Source of the DNA: Gracilibacillus sp. D59
GTDB taxonomy: Bacteria; Bacillota; Bacilli; Bacillales; Amphibacillaceae
Assembly: GCA_052246695.1 (NCBI GenBank)
Contig: JBQQCK010000017.1
DNA: 24,000 nucleotides
Direction: 5' to 3' (one strand)
The notes below the pieces were generated by a model. That model did not search any database and had not been told where the DNA came from. It saw only the letters and a list, made by a program, of their open reading frames with translations. The position numbers and the translations under genes were made by a program. Below are positions 18,641 through 24,000 of the stretch, one piece after another; position 1 is the first letter of the stretch, and each line of letters starts with the position of its first letter.

Positions 18641-18676
18641 AATAAAAGCCCTACCAGATAATACTGCAGGACCCTC
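18641..18676 (-). terminator. weak candidate terminator after the Asp23-family gene
   Basis: The minus strand reads GGTCCTGCAG-TATTAT-CTGGTAGGGCT, an imperfect stem with an internal loop, followed by TTTTATTCATTT. Confidence 0.4.
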
Positions 18677-18701
18677 ATTCACTTACGCACATTATAAAAT
18701 A

Positions 18702-19094
18702 CTACTCATCTTTTTCATCATTAACTTGTTCCATGTGAACTCCTACAACGTGCACGTTAATTTCTTTGATTTGGATAGCAGTCATATTTTCGATCGCATG
18801 TCTTACATTTAATTGAATTTTTTCAGCGACAGTAGGAACAGAATGGCCATAATCCACAACAATGTATACGTCAGTCGACACAGCATCATCTGTTAGTTCT
18901 ACCTTAATTCCTTTACCATGTGCTTTTTTCCCTAATCGTTCTGCTACTCCTGTTGCGAAATTACCTCTCATGCTGGATACACCTGGTACTTCTGTAGTTG
19001 CAATACCTGCAATTACCTCCAACACATCAGGTGCGATTTCAACTTTTCCTAATGGAGTAGACTCACTAACATTAAGTAATTGGTTTTCAGCCAT
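18702..19094 (-). CDS. Asp23/Gls24-family envelope stress protein (YqhY-like)
   Basis: 130 aa with typical Asp23 family features (GKVEIAPDVLEVIAGIATTEVPGV, acidic C-terminus). It lies just downstream of accC, as yqhY does in B. subtilis. Confidence 0.85.
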   Translation of the reverse strand: MAENQLLNVSESTPLGKVEIAPDVLEVIAGIATTEVPGVSSMRGNFATGVAERLGKKAHGKGIKVELTDDAVSTDVYIVVDYGHSVPTVAEKIQLNVRHAIENMTAIQIKEINVHVVGVHMEQVNDEKDE

Positions 19095-19118
19095 GATAAA
19101 CGCCCCTTTTGACTAAAT

Positions 19119-20480
19119 TTAATCTTGCTCTTCTTCCATTATACTATATTTTTCTAAAAATCTTGTATTAAAATCACCGTCAACAAATACTGGGTGTACC
19201 ATCATTCTTCGATGAAATGGAATTGTGGTATGAACACCTTCTACGAAAAATTCATCCAAAGCTCGCTTCATACGATCAACTGCTTCTTTTCGTGTCTTGC
19301 CATAGGTAATTAATTTTGCAATCATCGAATCGTAATATGGCGGAATTCGATAGCCAGGATATGCTGCTGAATCGACTCTTACACCTAATCCACCTGGTGG
19401 AAGATACATTTCAATTTTACCTGCTGATGGCATAAAATCTTTTGCAGGGTTTTCAGCATTTATTCGGCATTCCATTGCCCATCCATCAAATGTAATATCT
19501 TCTTGTTCATAAGACAATTTTTCATTATTGGCAATGTTGATTTGTTCTTTGATTAAATCTACACCTGTAACCATTTCAGTAACAGGGTGCTCTACTTGGA
19601 TACGTGTATTCATTTCCATAAAATAAAACTTATTTTCTTTTTGATCAAAAATAAATTCAATTGTTCCTGCTCCAGAATAGTCAACGGCTTTTGCAGCTTT
19701 AACTGCCGCTTCACCCATCTTCATTCGCATATCTTCATTGATTGCTGGTGATGGCGTTTCTTCAATAAGCTTTTGCAATCGTCGTTGAACACTACAATCA
19801 CGTTCTCCTAGGTGTATCACATTGCCGTGATTATCTGCTAGAACTTGAATTTCTACATGACGGAAATCTTCAATAAATTTTTCCAAATATACACCCGGGT
19901 TGCCAAATGCTTTTTCAGCTTCATTTTGTGTAACACGGATACCTTTTAGTAATTCTTCTTCCGTACGAGCTACACGAATACCTTTACCTCCGCCACCAGC
20001 AGTTGCTTTGATAATGACTGGAAATCCTATTTCGTTAGCTACTTTAAGCCCTTCTTCTTCATCCTCAATGATACCATTTGAACCTGGCACCACCGGAACA
20101 CCTGCTTCTCGCATCGTTTCTCGTGCTACATCTTTTGTTCCCATTTTTTGAATTGCATAGGCACTAGGACCAACGAATGTTATATTACAGGCATCACAGA
20201 TCTCAGCAAAATCTGCGTTCTCTGATAAGAATCCATAACCAGGATGAATCGCATCGGTATCAGTTAATGTTGCAACACTCATAATATTAGTAAAGTTTAA
20301 ATAACTGTCCGTACTTAATTTCGGTCCAATACAATAAGCTTCATCCGCTAATTGTACATGCAATGCATCACTATCGGCCTCTGAATACACTGCTACCGTT
20401 TCAATTCCCAATTCTTTTGCAGATCGAATAATTCTGACTGCTATTTCTCCACGGTTCGCAATTAACAGTTTCTTAATCAC
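19119..20480 (-). CDS. accC: acetyl-CoA carboxylase biotin carboxylase subunit
   Basis: 453 aa with an ATP-grasp fold ([27 protein letters not shown]). The N-terminus [17 protein letters not shown] is canonical. The start is GTG with an upstream GGGGA RBS. Confidence 0.95.
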   Translation of the reverse strand: MIKKLLIANRGEIAVRIIRSAKELGIETVAVYSEADSDALHVQLADEAYCIGPKLSTDSYLNFTNIMSVATLTDTDAIHPGYGFLSENADFAEICDACNITFVGPSAYAIQKMGTKDVARETMREAGVPVVPGSNGIIEDEEEGLKVANEIGFPVIIKATAGGGGKGIRVARTEEELLKGIRVTQNEAEKAFGNPGVYLEKFIEDFRHVEIQVLADNHGNVIHLGERDCSVQRRLQKLIEETPSPAINEDMRMKMGEAAVKAAKAVDYSGAGTIEFIFDQKENKFYFMEMNTRIQVEHPVTEMVTGVDLIKEQINIANNEKLSYEQEDITFDGWAMECRINAENPAKDFMPSAGKIEMYLPPGGLGVRVDSAAYPGYRIPPYYDSMIAKLITYGKTRKEAVDRMKRALDEFFVEGVHTTIPFHRRMMVHPVFVDGDFNTRFLEKYSIMEEEQD

Positions 20481-20492
20481 AATGTCATCCCC

Positions 20493-20990
20493 TTATGCCT
20501 TCTTAATTCGGAATAATGGTTGTCCATATTCCACTAATTCCCCATTTTCTGCTAATATTTCTGTAATTGTTCCTGTTATATCTGCTTCTATTTCATTAAA
20601 TAATTTCATTGCTTCTAAGATACATACAATGGAATCTTCATTAACTTGATCACCAACTTGTACATAAGCTGGTTTATCTGGAGATGGTGAACTATAGAAA
20701 GTTCCTACCATAGGTGAAACAATTTCATGATCATAATCCGCCTTTGGCTGTGGTTCTTCTTTTGTTACTGTTTCTTCAGTTGAAACTTCTGGTTTTGTTG
20801 TTGATTCCGGATTTGCTTGCGATACTACTTCTTCCGTTTGTACTACAGGTCGTGGCGCTACATGTGTTGTAGTTTCACCTGCATTTTTCTTCAGTTTAAT
20901 TTTGCCACCATTAGCCTCATAAGAGAACTCTTCAATAGTCGATTGATCTAATTTGTCAATTAATTGATTGATTTCTTGAATTGTTAACAT
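20493..20990 (-). CDS. accB: acetyl-CoA carboxylase biotin carboxyl carrier protein
   Basis: 165 aa with a Pro/Glu/Thr-rich linker and a C-terminal biotinyl domain carrying EAMKL (the biotinyl-lysine motif). RBS GAAGGGGTG lies upstream. Confidence 0.93.
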   Translation of the reverse strand: MLTIQEINQLIDKLDQSTIEEFSYEANGGKIKLKKNAGETTTHVAPRPVVQTEEVVSQANPESTTKPEVSTEETVTKEEPQPKADYDHEIVSPMVGTFYSSPSPDKPAYVQVGDQVNEDSIVCILEAMKLFNEIEADITGTITEILAENGELVEYGQPLFRIKKA

Positions 20991-21224
20991 TTTTGCACCC
21001 CTTCAACTTTTGTTACAATTAATAACAGGTACTAATAACTCCTTCTAACATTTTACGCAATAGATATAAAAACTGCAACCTTTCTTTTTTAAGGAGCGAT
21101 ATTAATAAATACTGAGACTGTGAAATAAGAAAAACCAACACAGTACGTATTAGTACTAGATATAAAACTCGAACCAATGAAACTTCTGATTAGTGTAGCT
21201 TTCACCCATTCTTCAAGTTGAATG

Positions 21225-21470
21225 CTAATTCATCGCTGGGGAAAATTCGACACTCCGTGGAACGGCTAAAAGAGGCCACGTCCAGTGACCAACGCCGACA
21301 CTTGATCGTCCTGCTCTTCGAAACAGCAACAACTGAACCCCATAAGAAGTGATTTTGCTCTGAGGAGGCTGAAATGTTGCACTTGTGCCCTGGATAAAAG
21401 AGAGTTTTTTTCCGCAGTGACCTTCAAGCACTCATCAATAAAAGAATGGAAGAAGTAATCCATATGACTG
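21225..21470 (-). other. unassigned GC-enriched island, candidate structured RNA or decayed gene remnant (strand tentative)
   Basis: Hand-counted GC is 55% (21241-21300) and 45% (21301-21420) in a ~35% genome. The only ORFs here (68 and 65 aa, overlapping, no RBS) have non-protein-like sequence. Local hairpins need G-U pairs on the minus strand that would be C-A mismatches on the plus strand. Confidence 0.35.
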
Positions 21471-21510
21471 TTATTTCTCAGTCTATGTTTTCACGCATTT
21501 TTACTATCCC

Positions 21511-21547
21511 TTATAAAATAAAAATGCCCTCGAGAAATCTCAAGGAC
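21511..21547 (-). terminator. rho-independent terminator of the spoIIIA operon
   Basis: The minus strand has CCTTGAG (21545-21539), loop ATTT, then CTCGAGG (21534-21528, one G-U pair), followed by GCATTTTTATTTTAT. Confidence 0.7.
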
Positions 21548-21581
21548 ATGTTAACGTGTATTGAAACAAAAGACAACGGAT

Positions 21582-22181
21582 TTAGCTTGGCTTATAGCTG
21601 ACATCAATTTGTATTTCACCAAATTCATCTTTTGCGTGTTGAATGATTTCATTTGCTTCTTTCCGTGAAAGACTGTCTGCTTGTACAGTTATCACGACAT
21701 TATTGTCTGATACATTGCGGACAAGAACTTCTTCATATCCATTTAGAGATTTTAGTGTGTCCTCCAGAATGTTTTCCTTTTTATTTACCATCTCTATTTC
21801 TTTCATTGCTTCATAAGCTTTATTCTTCTCGTCTGAACTAGCTTCGCTTGAAGCAACAATCGATTCCAGTCTTTCTTTTTCCATACTTCTTTGATTGGTA
21901 ATTTCCATGCGTACTGCTGCGAAATATTCATCAGAATTAATTGATGATGTATTTATGTTTTCGGTACTTGTACCTTCCATTCCTGTTTCTTCTGACTCCT
22001 CTAATACCGATTCATCAGTTGATTTGTCCACATTGGATAATGATGTGGTTTGATCCTCTTGCTCCTGATCTGAATCAAAGTATGCCAAATCCCCTTCAGA
22101 AGGTGCATTTAAATAATACACACTTAACACAATCATTAAACTCAACATCGTTAACAACCATACTGTTTGCTTTTTCAACAT
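21582..22181 (-). CDS. spoIIIAH: stage III sporulation protein AH
   Basis: The N-terminus MLKKQTVWLLTMLSLMIVLSVYY matches remembered B. subtilis SpoIIIAH almost exactly. An acidic linker and a YscJ/FliF-like C-terminal domain follow. GGAGGG lies 7 nt upstream. Confidence 0.9.
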   Translation of the reverse strand: MLKKQTVWLLTMLSLMIVLSVYYLNAPSEGDLAYFDSDQEQEDQTTSLSNVDKSTDESVLEESEETGMEGTSTENINTSSINSDEYFAAVRMEITNQRSMEKERLESIVASSEASSDEKNKAYEAMKEIEMVNKKENILEDTLKSLNGYEEVLVRNVSDNNVVITVQADSLSRKEANEIIQHAKDEFGEIQIDVSYKPS

Positions 22182-22202
22182 ATCTTTTCCCTCCTAATAG
22201 TT

Positions 22203-22847
22203 CTATGTGTTTTTCGGCATAACCGAAACTCTATGAGCCGGTACATCCAATACTTTGGATACGGCTTCTAATACCCATTTTTTCACTTCTAGGTTGTCCA
22301 CCCCATCCGCAACTATCAGCACACCTCTAACTTTTGGTTTTTTAGTCTGGATTAATAATGGAATTTCTTGTTCACCTTGGCGAATAACGACAACGGTTTG
22401 TTCTCTCGTTTCATCGTCAATTTTTCTTGTACCACCATTTTGGTCTGTTTCATTTGTTGTTTGTGAGCCTATCACTAAATTTTTCTCGTATACTTGTTTA
22501 TTTGTTGCATCTAGATTGACCATCACTTCAACTTCTGATACCCCTGTGATTTTGTTGAGTAATTCCACTAAATCACTTTCGTATGATGCTTCTAAATCTC
22601 CAATCTTTGAAGTTGCATCAGATACATTTGACTGTTGCCATGTTTCATTCTCTTCATCGTCCGAAGTCGATTCAATCATTCTAGGAGGATCAGTAATTTG
22701 ATTATTCGATTGATTGGAGCTGAATACATTACTAACTAACAATATGAAAACTGCAATTAATACCAGCAAAGCAATATACTGCATTTTTGTTGGTTTTTTA
22801 TCTTTCTCTTTTAAATTTGACAGAAACTTCTCCATCCATTTAGGCAC
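22203..22847 (-). CDS. spoIIIAG: stage III sporulation protein AG
   Basis: Single TM helix. The C-terminus VRGVLIVADGVDNLEVKKWVLEAVSKVLDVPAHRVSVMPKN resembles the SpoIIIAG C-terminus. The preferred start is GTG 22847, with GGAGG 6 nt upstream, right after the spoIIIAF stop. The track TTG 22868 overlaps that RBS. Confidence 0.88.
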   Translation of the reverse strand: MPKWMEKFLSNLKEKDKKPTKMQYIALLVLIAVFILLVSNVFSSNQSNNQITDPPRMIESTSDDEENETWQQSNVSDATSKIGDLEASYESDLVELLNKITGVSEVEVMVNLDATNKQVYEKNLVIGSQTTNETDQNGGTRKIDDETREQTVVVIRQGEQEIPLLIQTKKPKVRGVLIVADGVDNLEVKKWVLEAVSKVLDVPAHRVSVMPKNT

Positions 22848-22848
22848 C

Positions 22849-23460
22849 TTATTCCTCCTTCCATCCAATATGAATTATCTCCTCCTCTACTCCCCACTGA
22901 TCAGCTAAGAAATTTTTTATTTCTGTTGTATTCTGTGGTGGAGATTCGGAAGTCTGAGGTAATGAGTCGCCAATTTGTATATTCACCTCTTCGACTCTGG
23001 CAGAAGCATCATCCTTTATGGCAAGTTGAACATATATACGCTCTAGCTCATTTTCTTCAGAAGTCGGATGACTCGCCCAATTTACTTCTAGGTCCTCAAT
23101 TTGATAATTGTATGTTTCTTGTAACTCCTCCTCTACTATATTTTTCATTTGGACAACCATCTCTTCTAATACATATGCATCTTGTATCTGTTCTATTTCA
23201 TTTTTCTGCTGATTCATTACACTTTCTATTTTGGATTCCACCGATGGGTCACTATTTGTCACAAAAAATTGATCAACCATTTTATGAACATCCACATTAA
23301 AAATAGACAGCAAAGGTTGTAGAATAATTAAAATAAGCAATAGTCCCACTACTAATTTCACATATTGTTTTAGTGTGGAACTGGGCAGAATGAGATCAAC
23401 AATCATTGCTAGAATCATAAAGATAATAACTTGCAATATCCAACCTGACAGGTATTCAAT
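22849..23460 (-). CDS. spoIIIAF: stage III sporulation protein AF (probable non-canonical ATT start)
   Basis: The track ORF starts at TTG 23436 (MQVIIFMILAMIVDLILPSS). Eight in-frame codons upstream, IEYLSGWI from ATT 23460, align residue-for-residue with the B. subtilis N-terminus MSFLTEWL. GGGGGGGAG ends 4 nt upstream of that ATT. Confidence 0.8.
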   Translation of the reverse strand: MEYLSGWILQVIIFMILAMIVDLILPSSTLKQYVKLVVGLLLILIILQPLLSIFNVDVHKMVDQFFVTNSDPSVESKIESVMNQQKNEIEQIQDAYVLEEMVVQMKNIVEEELQETYNYQIEDLEVNWASHPTSEENELERIYVQLAIKDDASARVEEVNIQIGDSLPQTSESPPQNTTEIKNFLADQWGVEEEIIHIGWKEE

Positions 23461-23473
23461 GATTCTCCCCCCC

Positions 23474-24000
23474 TTATCTCACCATCATTGTTAAATTACT
23501 GGATATAATGAGAATGACAATAGTGAAGAAAAACATAAATGTAACTAATAAAAGCGCAGCAAATAAGTAAAGAATATGTTTCCCAATAATATCCAAACAC
23601 TCTATAACTGGCCCGTCACCAATAGGTTGTAATATGGCAGTAGCCACTCTATACATTAAAGAGATAGTAAAAATCTTGATCGCCGGGAACAACACGATAC
23701 CAATTAAAATCACTACACCAATCATGCCAATGCCATTCTTAATTAAAATAGTTGCACTTAATACAGTATCGGTGGCATCTGTAAAAATCCTACCAATTAC
23801 CGGGATGAAATTACCGGTTACAAATTTAGCAGTTTTCATCGCAATACCATCTTGGATCGCACTCGCAGCTCCTTGCACTGATATAACCCCAAGAAAAACC
23901 GTTAGAAGAATCCCCATCAAGCTAATCGCTATATTTTTTATTAAATTTGCTAATTTCGTTGCTTTATACTCTGTACTAATGGTACTTACAATTTGAAGAA
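23474..24000 (-). CDS. spoIIIAE: stage III sporulation protein AE (C-terminal part; 5' end beyond the window)
   Basis: Polytopic membrane protein. The stretch GRIFTDATDTVLSATILIKNGIGMIGVVIL...LQPIGDGPVIECLD...NLTMMVR resembles the SpoIIIAE C-terminus. The reading frame stays open upstream of the track start to the window edge. Confidence 0.88.
   Translation of the reverse strand, partial: LQIVSTISTEYKATKLANLIKNIAISLMGILLTVFLGVISVQGAASAIQDGIAMKTAKFVTGNFIPVIGRIFTDATDTVLSATILIKNGIGMIGVVILIGIVLFPAIKIFTISLMYRVATAILQPIGDGPVIECLDIIGKHILYLFAALLLVTFMFFFTIVILIISSNLTMMVR

Noticed and set aside
21404-21439. Hammerhead-ribozyme-like string on the minus strand (TTGATGAG...stem...GAAA)
   Set aside because: The core begins UUGAUGA rather than CUGAUGA, so the essential C3 is missing. 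The putative stem II is only AGTG/CACT, with extra nucleotides before GAAA. No stems I or III could be built.
21225-21463. Two overlapping minus-strand ORFs (68 and 65 aa), considered as small protein genes in the spoIIIAH-accB gap
   Set aside because: They overlap in different frames and have no Shine-Dalgarno sequence. Their translations are Arg/Gly/Ser/Trp-rich in the way expected from reading through GC-rich non-coding sequence. They are treated as by-products of the GC-rich island.
1-24000. Search for CRISPR repeats, IS/transposase or integrase genes, tRNA/rRNA genes, and prophage or defence islands
   Set aside because: I noticed no regularly spaced direct repeats, terminal inverted repeats, recombinase-like ORFs or cloverleaf-like sequences. 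The window is conserved core-genome synteny apart from the two RNA-like islands.

Overview
This is a low-GC Bacillaceae chromosomal segment, with hand-counted flanks of about 25-35% GC. It is transcribed almost entirely on the minus strand. From memory it is colinear with the Bacillus subtilis block spoIIIA-(yqhV)-accB-accC-yqhY-nusB-folD-xseA-xseB-ispA-dxs-yqxC-ahrC-recN-spoIVB-spo0A. To the left of spo0A lie an MscS-family channel, a LysM+CAP secreted protein, a YclM-like aspartokinase, a small membrane protein, and a PAS/AAA+/Fis-HTH regulator at the position where B. subtilis has bkdR. I saw no mobile elements, CRISPR arrays, tRNAs or rRNAs. Two regions are not explained by protein genes. 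(1) The 692-nt gap between ispA and a small multi-TM protein gene upstream of dxs (13786-14477) has no ORF in the six-frame track. It rises to 53-58% GC, contains many properly nested helices, and has its own near-consensus promoter. By context and architecture I identify it as an OLE-class (ornate, large, extremophilic) non-coding RNA, with its partner membrane protein gene oapA at 13207-13785. This ribonucleoprotein system is embedded in an isoprenoid/DNA-repair operon, is rarely annotated, and is still poorly understood mechanistically. (2) A second, shorter GC-enriched island (~21225-21470) between spoIIIAH and accB sits where B. subtilis has yqhV. It has local hairpins whose G-U pairs favour the minus strand, and I cannot assign it to any family. 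Smaller observations are a bEBP-like regulator lacking the GAFTGA loop, a probable AUU start for spoIIIAF, a perfect 16-bp hairpin between folD and xseA, and a 400-nt gap with a strong hairpin upstream of nusB. All calls come from reading the sequence and remembered homology. No searches or folding programs were run.
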